In this document: in pieces, positions 25,301 through 33,185 of the stretch | Layout of the letters: the number at the start of each line of letters is the position of its first letter | Position numbering within the stretch: position 1 is the first letter of the stretch | IMG/VR virus record: IMGVR_UViG_3300042196_000209 | Location: 1 to 37,907 of that record | DNA from: a virus | Taxonomy: Duplodnaviria > Caudoviricetes | Length of the DNA: 37,907 nucleotides | Direction: 5' to 3' (one strand) | Translations under genes and position numbers: made by a program | Notes under the pieces: generated by a model | Databases searched by the model: none | What the model was told of the DNA's origin: nothing | Seen by the model: only the letters and a program-made list of their open reading frames with translations

Positions 25301-26430
25301 ATGACGTGGGCGCCGCGGCCTATGTCTGTGTCCAGGTGGTTGTCCTGGACGAACGCGCCAGACTCGTTCTTGTAGAGGACCACGAAGCCCCCATCGCCGA
25401 GTAGGCTCATGCCCGAGAAGACGTACACGTCCACGAAGCCCTGGCCCAGGTTCGGGTCGCCCACGCGTAGCACGCCGATGGAGACGGGTCTCGGGTAGTG
25501 CTGGAGCGTGCCCCATGACCCGAGCGCATTGGAGATGCCGAACTGCAGCCCGGTGGCCTCGAGCGTCACCGGGTCGTACTGTATCACCGGGGCGAAGTTC
25601 GGACCGCGCTGCCCCCAGACAAAGCCGTCCATGCAGTACCGCACGGCATCCGAGAACAAGTCGCCTATGCTGTTGTTCAGCACCACGGTGGACATGGAGC
25701 CCAGGGTCGACCGGCTTACGCCCGAGGCCTTGAGTATGTAGGCGTCGTCTGTGAAGGGGTCTATGTAAAAGTGGCTCTCCTGGTCCGAGCCCGTGGGCGA
25801 GCCCGGCACAACTTGCCCCGAGAGCAGGATCAACGGGTCGAACGGCGCGGTGACCTGCGAGCTGTACGCTATCTCCGCGGTGATGTTCGGTATGCGGTTG
25901 CCGAAGTTAGCCAGGGGCCACAGCTCCGCCACCAAGTAGCACATGCCGCGGTGGGCCGGGACGTTGCCCACGCCCTTGTCCGCCTCCATGAGGAAGTCTG
26001 GCTGCTGGGTCTCCGAGCCCCTGTAGAACCTGAACTTGTAGCCGCCGAAGCTCGTTGAGCCCGTCCGGTCATAGATCAGCTTGCCGTCGGCCCACAGCCT
26101 GAGCAGGTCATCTGCCTCGCCCTCGCCGAAGGACACGGCGAAGGACGCGAAGTACGAGAACGACGTTAGCGAGCTCTTCGGTGCACCGCCGCCCTTGCCG
26201 CCCTGCGTCTGTGTGCTGACCACCTCCTGAATGCCTGGGGACCATATGACGTTGCCGCTGGTGCGGGGAGTGCCATAGTGCACGAATATGGGCCCGCCGT
26301 ACGCCGACGACGTCACGCTCAGGTCGCTAAGCCTCGGCCCCACCTGCGACTGCCCCTTCGACGGGGCCAGGAGGTTCAGGACGATGCCGACGCCGATGTT
26401 GACCGCGGCCGAGACAAGTAGTGTTGCCAT
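22342..26430 (-). CDS. Central tail fibre / host-specificity protein (GTA g15-like) with C-terminal LamG domain
   Basis: GPRLSDL..TSSAYG...GNVIW, VPAHRG..Y, FGNRIPN, LLRGRLGTE, W.RRTR; C-terminal FTVETW...WRHLAV.R...LFVNG...DEIRVT. Confidence 0.88.
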   Translation of the reverse strand: MATLLVSAAVNIGVGIVLNLLAPSKGQSQVGPRLSDLSVTSSAYGGPIFVHYGTPRTSGNVIWSPGIQEVVSTQTQGGKGGGAPKSSLTSFSYFASFAVSFGEGEADDLLRLWADGKLIYDRTGSTSFGGYKFRFYRGSETQQPDFLMEADKGVGNVPAHRGMCYLVAELWPLANFGNRIPNITAEIAYSSQVTAPFDPLILLSGQVVPGSPTGSDQESHFYIDPFTDDAYILKASGVSRSTLGSMSTVVLNNSIGDLFSDAVRYCMDGFVWGQRGPNFAPVIQYDPVTLEATGLQFGISNALGSWGTLQHYPRPVSIGVLRVGDPNLGQGFVDVYVFSGMSLLGDGGFVVLYKNESGAFVQDNHLDTDIGRGAHVMQDHVNRRLFVGQENDSQIDVWEVTAGVNVGPLGLSAANPVKRLVGTYLKGGTDWAGTGDLSGWCHVPSENALILSNAVSMVKVDVDTGAVLARNLALGFGSQEQYATSGVFAFGNGAGGGSAVGVVYTISTDDLAVVDELDLGIPFPGAEANYQRAGYDPRNHSILLSRVNVTNPASNRVVRILLGRKVGLGVPLSDVVADISRRSGLDDTLFDVSDLVSETVLGYSLTKQASGRSALEPLINGYLFEGAETDWRMRFVRRGGASVLTIDEDYLGRASTAGNSEVIKEVRAQEVELPGRFSVRFADKDKDYQAGVQSDKRVSLPTPSQYSRNEVTLDLPIVMLAPDAKRLAQRWLYTSWSERVSVESVLPWRYMRLDPTDVFELNFRGETRRLRGSRIDLGADLDTEFTATQEDAESNVSAVAADGGLGHPAQFISSALPTKLHLLDLPLLRAVDASLQQFSRAYWAVSAYEDSWPGATLMRSRDGASSFDEIGGSSVEATWGTVAGTLADPSTTTTWDESSMVDLKVVRGIGDFSSSTDLEVLNGANAIAIVRGDGLPEIIQFVNVTQTDPGTVRLSRLLRGRLGTEDNSRDHVPGERWVLLDVSPIEAMQLPLDLLDVTTQHRAVTFGTLLEDAPTTSFAYTGQDLMPYSVAQVVATRPGGDLALTWVRRTRFNGELLDGTDTVPLNEQAELYDVDFFEVGASVPFLTRTGLTSPATTLTTAEYNTATGLSASVVPTVEAQIYQVSATVGRGRYTRQLFELVGVDPFLAFTVLLLALDGADGATTSTDDSASAHTLTFDTPGAELDTAVKKFGTAALLLSGATTARVNVTGTLTDFDFGTDDFTVETWVNPTAGFGSDGVITRGTSGTGWWRLFLLITGTYAWFHSSSQLITGTTNVLGGGWRHLAVSRRDGVTRLFVNGVQEGVSHTASYDITASGASLVIGDDPSVANREMHGSQDEIRVTKGVGRYSGNFTPPAGPFPRV

Positions 26431-26431
26431 G

Positions 26432-26854
26432 TCAGTCCGTCCTGAAGCTGAACACAGACACCATACTCAGCCTCCTCTCCTCGGTGAGCGCCTCCCTGAC
26501 CACCATGCGGGCGGGCAGGTACGCGTGTATCACCCACATCAGGCCGGCCGCGTCTCGCTCCAGTATGCCGACGTGGCAGGGGTGCCGCGGCTCCCTGAAT
26601 ACGGCCACCATGCCGTGGTCGGCCTCGGACCGCGGGCGCTCCGTCAGCTGGGCCCTCGCCAGCCTCAGGACGTCGGCCGGGTTCGGGCGCCGCGGGTAGT
26701 CCAGTGTATCGTACGTCGTCAGGCCAAGCGCGTGACCCACTTTTATGGGCACGCCTATGCAGTCCACGCCGAACCTGTCGCGGCCCTTGTCCCTGAACGG
26801 CACGCCGAGCCAGGTCTTCGCCTCGGCCACTATGAGGTCCTCGAGCGCGCTCAT
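26432..26854 (-). CDS. NlpC/P60 tail-tip peptidase (GTA g14-like)
   Basis: WLGVPF...GR...GVDCIG...HVGI...IHA. Confidence 0.9.
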   Translation of the reverse strand: MSALEDLIVAEAKTWLGVPFRDKGRDRFGVDCIGVPIKVGHALGLTTYDTLDYPRRPNPADVLRLARAQLTERPRSEADHGMVAVFREPRHPCHVGILERDAAGLMWVIHAYLPARMVVREALTEERRLSMVSVFSFRTD

Positions 26855-28680
26855 CCCTTTGCGTCCGGGTAGCCGTAAAGCAGGTCCTGTCCGGGCACGT
26901 ACGGCTCGCCCCTGAAGTTGTCCACGTTGTCGAACACGTCCCTGCAGTCCTCGAGCACTCTCTTCAGGCAGCCCCGGTACACGCGGCCCGTGTCTCCGAC
27001 CTCCACGTCGAAAGGCATGTCGAGGAACAGGTTCAGGTCCTGCTCTATGGTGACGCCGTCGTCCGCTGTGAAGCCCCTGATCTCCATCGCCTTGCCGGCG
27101 TTGGGGCCTGTCTCCCAGAATACAACCCCGCCGTCCAGGGCGCCGTCCGGGAAGTGGTCACGGCCGATCGTCGAGCCGCCCGAGTTCGGGGTGAGCTCGG
27201 AGACCGTGAACTTCTTGCGCGGCTCCGTGGGGTCCACGGCGACCACCTCGACGCACCTGGACCACGCCTGCTCCGCGGTGAACACCGCGCTGCCGTCTGC
27301 CGTGGTGTTGCCCACCGCGGAGTCGTACGCGGGCTGGACAGAGCCCGTGGTACCCGCGGTAGCGCACCTGTATATGCGGTCCTCGAAGTCCGGGCACAGG
27401 AGGCCCTCGAGTATCTCGCTGGATGAGAGGAACTGCGCGGTCGGCGGAGTGAAACCTGAGGTGTAAGCGGCGGCCCCTACTATGAACCTGAACTCGTCCA
27501 CGAACCCGTGCAGCGGACTGTCGTCGAACCCGGCGCTCCTGAACGCGCCGAGCCTGATGGGAGTGGTGCTGTTGAAGATGCTGCCACCGTTATTCAGCAC
27601 GGCCCCCTGTTGGACGCCGTCTACGAATAGTCTGATATCGCTCGACGCGTCCCTAGTCACGGCGACGTGGTACCACGTGTCGACGGCCCATGTGACGGCC
27701 CGTGCCATGGTCGTCACCGTTGATCCATTCAGCGAGAACGCGAACTCTATGTCGGAGCCATTACGGTTGAGCCTCCATGCTCGCTGGTTGCCTGTGTTCA
27801 AATAGTGCGAAGCAAATATCTGTAGGGTCTGCGTCAGGTCCTTGAACCTGACTTGCGCCTCGATGGTGAACTGCTGCGTGCCTATGGTGTACGCAGCGAT
27901 GTCGGGGTAGCTCACCACCGCCGCTGTGGGGTCCACGGAGCCCGATGGGGAGAACTCTATGGAGCCCGCGCCGAACTTCTTCTCGATGGTCTGCACCGCC
28001 GCCTGCGCGCCAGGTGTGGCCGTGGCCGCGTTCGGACTGTAGTCGTCTGCGTCCTCGTCAGCGTGCACGAGCAAGGTGGGCGTAAGCACACCCTCCAGCG
28101 CCGGACTGGCCCGCACGAAGTCGCCGACGACGTAGGCCGTGGACCTGAGTACAACGGGCGGCAGTATAGGGACCCCGCATCGAATGTCGCCCAGGTCCGC
28201 TCGGCACTCCGGGCTGTATAGCTCGCCTATGCTCCTTGAGTACGCCTGTGTCAGTCCGCGGAGCTCTGCGGTGAACAGCCCGCTCGGGGTGATCGTGACC
28301 TCCCCCAGCCAGCCCTTGCGCATCCTGAGCACGCCTTGCGAGAGGTCCGACCAGTTCACGGTGAAGATGTCCACCTCTGCGAAGTCGAATAGCCCGCGCC
28401 GCAGCTCGGTCTCGTCTATATCCGCGTCGTCGAGCACGCCGGTCAGGTCGAGGTTGTCGACCGCGAGCGTGTCGTCGTTCCTGATGGCCGACCTATTGTA
28501 CGAGCTGGAGGCCTTATAGGTGCTGAGGCCCTTGCCGTCTGCCAGGTCGACTGGAAGACTCACATCGTGGTCCGTGAAGTGGAAGGCCTGCCCGTCGACG
28601 CGCGTCACGCGCCAGCACGTGGCGAGCATCGTGACCTCGCCCTGCAGGTGTGTGTTTAGTGCTACGCTCGCGGACTTCAT
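26851..28680 (-). CDS. Tail hub protein (DUF2163/BR0599, GTA g13-like) with an inserted LamG domain
   Basis: CWRVTR.DG..F.FTDHD, CRADLGD.RC, GC.K....C...F.N..NFRGEPYVPG. Confidence 0.88.
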   Translation of the reverse strand: MKSASVALNTHLQGEVTMLATCWRVTRVDGQAFHFTDHDVSLPVDLADGKGLSTYKASSSYNRSAIRNDDTLAVDNLDLTGVLDDADIDETELRRGLFDFAEVDIFTVNWSDLSQGVLRMRKGWLGEVTITPSGLFTAELRGLTQAYSRSIGELYSPECRADLGDIRCGVPILPPVVLRSTAYVVGDFVRASPALEGVLTPTLLVHADEDADDYSPNAATATPGAQAAVQTIEKKFGAGSIEFSPSGSVDPTAAVVSYPDIAAYTIGTQQFTIEAQVRFKDLTQTLQIFASHYLNTGNQRAWRLNRNGSDIEFAFSLNGSTVTTMARAVTWAVDTWYHVAVTRDASSDIRLFVDGVQQGAVLNNGGSIFNSTTPIRLGAFRSAGFDDSPLHGFVDEFRFIVGAAAYTSGFTPPTAQFLSSSEILEGLLCPDFEDRIYRCATAGTTGSVQPAYDSAVGNTTADGSAVFTAEQAWSRCVEVVAVDPTEPRKKFTVSELTPNSGGSTIGRDHFPDGALDGGVVFWETGPNAGKAMEIRGFTADDGVTIEQDLNLFLDMPFDVEVGDTGRVYRGCLKRVLEDCRDVFDNVDNFRGEPYVPGQDLLYGYPDAKG

Positions 28681-29354
28681 TAGGTCAGTCTCAGCTCTAT
28701 CAGCGGTATCTGCGGCACGGAGGCCGCGGAGAACACGTGGACGTTGACCGCGAGGTGGTCGTCAGCAAACCGCACAGGCACGTCGAACTCGCAGGCGATG
28801 GAGACGACCTCCGCGCCCCCTGGCCCGGAGCCGCCTGTGGCCGCCGGTGGTGTGGTAAAGGTGACGGTGCCCGCGTTGGCGTCCACCGTCACCCCGCCGA
28901 CCTGCACGACACCCTCCAGGAGCACTGAGACGGTGCCGGCAACCAGCTTCTTTATGACCCTGTCGTGTAGGGCCGATCCGAATGAGTACCTCTTGTAGAC
29001 TTGGAACACTGTCGTCGAGCCGTTGCCGAAGCCTATGATCTGGTTGGACGCGACGGGGTCGTCCTTGTCGCCTATCTTGAAGTCGGACCAGTCCTTGAAG
29101 CGGAAGCCGTTGGCCCGGCCGTTCATGGCGTAGAACAGGTTCATCACGGCCTGCACGTGGAGCAGGGCTACACCGTCGTCTTCTAGCAGCATGATGCCGT
29201 AGCCGACGTCCCACTCACCCTTGCTGTTCTCCCAGTCTACGTTCCTCTGCTCGAAGCCGCTCTCGAGCTCTAGCACGCGGGTCTTGAAGCGTGGTCCACC
29301 GGATGCACCCCGTTCTACGTATATGGGCAGTCTTACGTCGTCGAAGAAGGCCAT
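28680..29354 (-). CDS. Distal tail protein (DUF2460, GTA g12-like)
   Basis: F.DVRLP...GGP.F.T...SGFEQRN..W...GFRFKDW.D...FDVPVRF. Confidence 0.9.
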   Translation of the reverse strand: MAFFDDVRLPIYVERGASGGPRFKTRVLELESGFEQRNVDWENSKGEWDVGYGIMLLEDDGVALLHVQAVMNLFYAMNGRANGFRFKDWSDFKIGDKDDPVASNQIIGFGNGSTTVFQVYKRYSFGSALHDRVIKKLVAGTVSVLLEGVVQVGGVTVDANAGTVTFTTPPAATGGSGPGGAEVVSIACEFDVPVRFADDHLAVNVHVFSAASVPQIPLIELRLT

Positions 29355-29355
29355 G

Positions 29356-31944
29356 TTAGTTGTTCCTCGTATTCGCGCGTGCGAGCATGCTGCTGATGCG
29401 TGCGGCCACCTGACCCTCGGACCTACGGAAGCTCTCGACGTTCGTGCCTGACGGGAAGTTGAAGTTGACGCTCATAGGACGACCGCCGCCGCCCGCGGAG
29501 TCACGTGGGGTTATGTTGACCTCCTCGCCGTCGCGCGCCTTGAACGCGACAACCCGATTATCCAGGCCAGGTAGAGATGCCACTGACGTACTGTCGCCGA
29601 CCGTGAAGCCGCCGCCGTTGGCGAAGCCGAAAAGCGAGCCGATGCCCCCGAATATGCCGCCGTCTCCACCTCCCCCTCCTCCGCCTCCGCTGAGCGCTCC
29701 GGTGACAAGGGCTCCGAGACCTCCGCCGCCGCTGCCGCCGCCGCCTGTCAGTGCGGTGAACGCCTCGTTAGTGCCCAGTCGGATCAAGTCGGCGGATATC
29801 GACCTGATCAGGTCGCCGAACTCGAACTTGCCGGTCTGCGCGAACTCCACGAGTGCGTCCTGCGCGGAGTTGAACGCACCGACGATCAGGCTTTCGGTCT
29901 GGGACGCGAAGTCCGCCGCGTCGCGACCTATCTTCAGGAACGCCCGCTCAGCGCCCGAGGCCGCGTCTTGCTGTGTGTCCAGGAAGTTTATGCGCGCGTC
30001 GGTGAGGGCACGGTTGAACTCGGCCTGCGATACGGCACCCTGCTTCAGCAGAAAGTTCAGGTCCTCCTGCGTCTGGGCGTAGCTCTTGGCCGGCCCCTGT
30101 ATGCTCTGAAGGAGGTCCAGCTGCTCTTGCGTCTGCAGGTTGTACTTCTGCACCAGATTGCCGCCGGCCTCGTCGAACTGGCGGTTCAGGCCCGCTTGCA
30201 GCCTCTCATACTCGGCCGCGGAAACGGCGCCGGCCTTAAGCGCCAGGTTGAGGAGCTCCTGGTCCTTCGTCTGCTGACGCGTGAGCGCACCCAGCGGGTC
30301 AAGTCTATCACGCAGCGTAGCGAACGCGGAGGCCTGTGCAGTGGTCAGCTCTATAGCCTTCGCCTTGGCCACGTTGTCCGCGACCGTCGCCTTGGTGGCC
30401 TTCCCCTGCTCTATACGTAGCCTTGCCACAGCGAGGGCCTCGTCACCTATCAGCCCAACGAGCGCCTCCACCGGCCTAACGTCCAGGCCCGAGCTGAACG
30501 CGGTCGAGATGGCGTCCGCGGCCTCCCTACCGGCCGCAGAGCCCTCAAGCTTGAGCGGCTCGAACGTGACATCGGCTATGTCCACGCCGAGCTTGCGCAG
30601 GATGCCGAATATGAAGTTCGCCGTCGCCTCGGCCGCGGTCACCGCGCCGTTGAAGCCGGCTATGAATGCACCCTCGATCGCGGCCGGCAGGTCGGTGAGC
30701 CCGATCCTTATGGCGGTGCCGATCGCGCGGCCGAAGCCGACGGCGACGCCTATGAGCGTGTCCAGCGTACGCACGAAGAAGTTGAACGTAGCGGCCAGGA
30801 CGTCGCGCAGTGACCCGATCTCCTGGCCCACTAAGCCAAAAGCGGGCGCGAGCGTCTGGGTGACCACCGATGCAGTGGTCTCGAATAGGCTCTTGGCCAC
30901 GCCGAAGGTGGTGGTTATCACGTCGCCGAGGGTGACCGTGACACCCTCGAGCTCGAACAGTCCGCCGGTCAGCTCCTGTGCTGCCACTGCCAGGGCCACC
31001 AGTGCAGTCGCAGCTATGCCTATCGGGCCGAGCGCGAGCACGAAGCCCGCTGCGGCGGCGGTTGCGCGGCCTATAAGCGCGACCAGCGACGGCGCAAAGG
31101 CTGTCGCCATGGCCGTGCCGACCACCAGTGCGATCTTGCCCACCCTGTCCAGGTTGAGGGCTAGCTTGAGTATGGACTGCGAGATGAGCGCGGTCACGCC
31201 CGTGCCCTTGTCCAGCTCGCCGAAGAACTGGATCGCGTTGTTGCGGAGCACGGTGAAGGCCTGGCTGATGGTGGGCGTCGTGCGTGCGAACGCAGCCTCG
31301 AGCGCGTCGCTCTGGGACAGCAGCGCGTCGAAGAACTCCTTCGAGGTGACCTGCCCCTGGATGATTAGGTTGCGCAGCTTGGACACAGAGCCACCGGCCT
31401 TGTCGAGGCCAGCGGCCACCGCGAGCGCGATGGGGAAGGCGCCCTCCAGGATCGAGTTGAACTCCTCCGCGCGGACGATGCCTGAGCCGATGGCCTGTGA
31501 CAGCTGCAGCAGCGCGCCGCTTGCGGCCGACGCCGAGCCACCCTGGATGGCCAGGGCCCGACCGGTCGTCTCCACGAACGTGAACAGCTGCTCCTGGGTA
31601 GCACCGAGCTCGCCGGCGGCGAAGGACAGCCTCTGGAACAGCTGGACGTTCGCCTCTATGGACGTCCTCGTCTTGTTCGATATCTCGAATAGGCGCTGTG
31701 TGGTGGCCACGAGGTCGTTCGTCTCGCCCGAGGCGACGCGTATCTGGTTCTGCAGCTGTGTGAAGCTGTCAGCGAAGCCCACGATGGCGCGGATCGCGAG
31801 CGCCCCGCCGAGCAGCTGAAGCCCGCGCCGTAGCAGGTCCACAGAGCCGCCCGCGCTCTTGGCGCTGTTGCCGACGTCGTTTATGTTGCGTGACACCACA
31901 CGAGAGCCGCGCTCCTCTACGACGATGTCTAGGCGTTCAGCCAT
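29356..31944 (-). CDS. Tape measure protein
   Basis: QLSQAIGSG..RAEEFNSI.E tape-measure motif; Ala/Gly-rich; FANGG C-terminus. Confidence 0.93.
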   Translation of the reverse strand: MAERLDIVVEERGSRVVSRNINDVGNSAKSAGGSVDLLRRGLQLLGGALAIRAIVGFADSFTQLQNQIRVASGETNDLVATTQRLFEISNKTRTSIEANVQLFQRLSFAAGELGATQEQLFTFVETTGRALAIQGGSASAASGALLQLSQAIGSGIVRAEEFNSILEGAFPIALAVAAGLDKAGGSVSKLRNLIIQGQVTSKEFFDALLSQSDALEAAFARTTPTISQAFTVLRNNAIQFFGELDKGTGVTALISQSILKLALNLDRVGKIALVVGTAMATAFAPSLVALIGRATAAAAGFVLALGPIGIAATALVALAVAAQELTGGLFELEGVTVTLGDVITTTFGVAKSLFETTASVVTQTLAPAFGLVGQEIGSLRDVLAATFNFFVRTLDTLIGVAVGFGRAIGTAIRIGLTDLPAAIEGAFIAGFNGAVTAAEATANFIFGILRKLGVDIADVTFEPLKLEGSAAGREAADAISTAFSSGLDVRPVEALVGLIGDEALAVARLRIEQGKATKATVADNVAKAKAIELTTAQASAFATLRDRLDPLGALTRQQTKDQELLNLALKAGAVSAAEYERLQAGLNRQFDEAGGNLVQKYNLQTQEQLDLLQSIQGPAKSYAQTQEDLNFLLKQGAVSQAEFNRALTDARINFLDTQQDAASGAERAFLKIGRDAADFASQTESLIVGAFNSAQDALVEFAQTGKFEFGDLIRSISADLIRLGTNEAFTALTGGGGSGGGGLGALVTGALSGGGGGGGGDGGIFGGIGSLFGFANGGGFTVGDSTSVASLPGLDNRVVAFKARDGEEVNITPRDSAGGGGRPMSVNFNFPSGTNVESFRRSEGQVAARISSMLARANTRNN

Positions 31945-31946
31945 GC

Positions 31947-32360
31947 CTACTGCCCCAGCAGCTTGACGCCGTCGAGGGTCTCACGCGCGGCCTGCACGGC
32001 CTTGCGCGTCATGCCCTCCGGGGCCTGTGCGGACGAGCCGCGCTCCAGATCGACGATGTAGTCCAGGTTATTCGTTATGTGGATGGCCCGGTTCACGCGC
32101 GACCTGAACGTGGCGATGACCGAGTTGGCAATGGCGATCGCGGACTGCCCAGACTGGTCAAGCGCGCCGACGAACCCGTCGGCCGGCCTGTCGATGGCGA
32201 CGCGCCAGTTGGAGCGTGCGCGGCCCGTGTCCACGGGCGTCGCCAGCGTAACCACCTGGTCGGCGACGACGGCCGCGCGTCGGACTGCCCGGCCCGCGTT
32301 CTCCTCCACGCGCCTGGAGAGCTGTGTCATGCGCCTAGCGAAGTCCCTTGGGTTTGCCAC
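31947..32360 (-). CDS. HK97 gp10-like tail completion/neck protein
   Basis: TPVDTGRARSNW...NNLDYI..LE.GSS.QAP.GM. Confidence 0.85.
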   Translation of the reverse strand: MANPRDFARRMTQLSRRVEENAGRAVRRAAVVADQVVTLATPVDTGRARSNWRVAIDRPADGFVGALDQSGQSAIAIANSVIATFRSRVNRAIHITNNLDYIVDLERGSSAQAPEGMTRKAVQAARETLDGVKLLGQ

Positions 32361-32697
32361 GGCTGTTCACCCTGTTCTCAGCCTTCGCCTTGCTGAGGCT
32401 GTGCCTGTCCATGTCACGGATGACCCTCAGGAAGGTGTCGAAGTCCTCGCCGTCCAGGTCGTATCTCTCCGCGTATACGCTCACTGCGGTCCACGGTATC
32501 GGTAGACCCGGCTCACGTCGTTCTGTAGAGCACTCGTAGAAGGCGTTCATGTAGAACTCCATCCAGGGCTCCTGCAGCTCCAGACCCTCAGCTATGGCCT
32601 CCGGCAAACCGAGGCCCTGCGACTCGACCTGCTGAAGCAGGGAGCCGAGGTGGCCCCCCTGCTTCAGCCGGAAGTCGAGGGCCCTTAGGAGTTTTTT
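32335..32697 (-). CDS. Tail assembly chaperone, -1 frameshift extension (gpT-like)
   Basis: The -1 frame is open from the slippery site to TAG at 32335; AFYECSTER...IPWTAV..YA. Confidence 0.75.
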   Translation of the reverse strand, partial: KKLLRALDFRLKQGGHLGSLLQQVESQGLGLPEAIAEGLELQEPWMEFYMNAFYECSTERREPGLPIPWTAVSVYAERYDLDGEDFDTFLRVIRDMDRHSLSKAKAENRVNSRGKPKGLR

Positions 32698-33101
32698 GTA
32701 TCCGCCTCCGTGATTGCGAATACCTCGTCGGACACAGCGTTCTGCATCACCTTGCCGAAGAGCACCTTGCCCTCCTGCGTGGACGTGAACATCTCGTAGC
32801 CGACGTCGCGCGACCAGGCGACCTCGTTGCCGTCGTCGTCCGTCAGCGCCCGCTTGCCCCAGCCGACCACGATCATCTCGCAGAAGAGCTCGACGTCCTG
32901 CTCAAAGTTGCCGGTGAGCGAGCCCTTGTCCGGGACCAGGGACTTGCGCTTCGCGGCCATCGACCGCTTGGCGACCGCGGCCCTGAAGCCCTCATTGTGG
33001 ACCGCGGCCTGACGGATGCGGATGTCGAACTCACCGCAGTTCAGGTCGGCGAACTCGGCGAGGTCAAAGACCTTTAGCGCTTTCGAGATGTTGAGTGTCA
33101 T
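32685..33101 (-). CDS. Tail assembly chaperone (gpG-like)
   Basis: GAGGAG RBS; lies between the major tail and tape measure genes; ends ACA AAA AAC TCC TAA. Confidence 0.8.
   Translation of the reverse strand: MTLNISKALKVFDLAEFADLNCGEFDIRIRQAAVHNEGFRAAVAKRSMAAKRKSLVPDKGSLTGNFEQDVELFCEMIVVGWGKRALTDDDGNEVAWSRDVGYEMFTSTQEGKVLFGKVMQNAVSDEVFAITEADTKNS
32691..32697 (-). other. -1 ribosomal frameshift slippery heptamer A AAA AAC
   Basis: X XXY YYZ heptamer in the correct frame, just before the final Ser codon and stop. Confidence 0.8.
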
Positions 33102-33134
33102 AGACTGTGCTCCTCTATCAGTCTGTTGGTGGCT

Positions 33135-33173
33135 GACCGTCTGGCGTGGTCTTATACCCCGCGCCAGATGGTC
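33135..33173. terminator. 15-bp hairpin after the major tail gene
   Basis: GACCGTCTGGCGTGG-N9-CCGCGCCAGATGGTC. Confidence 0.45.
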
Positions 33174-33185
33174 GTCCCGAAGCCC

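Noticed and set aside
22342-29354. Host gene transfer agent cluster
   Set aside because: The GTA-like tail-tip genes are contiguous with a long TMP, a lysis cassette and phage replication genes, so this is a true phage.
29640-29750. GCC/CCT-rich low-complexity repeat
   Set aside because: It simply encodes Gly-rich linkers in the tape measure protein.
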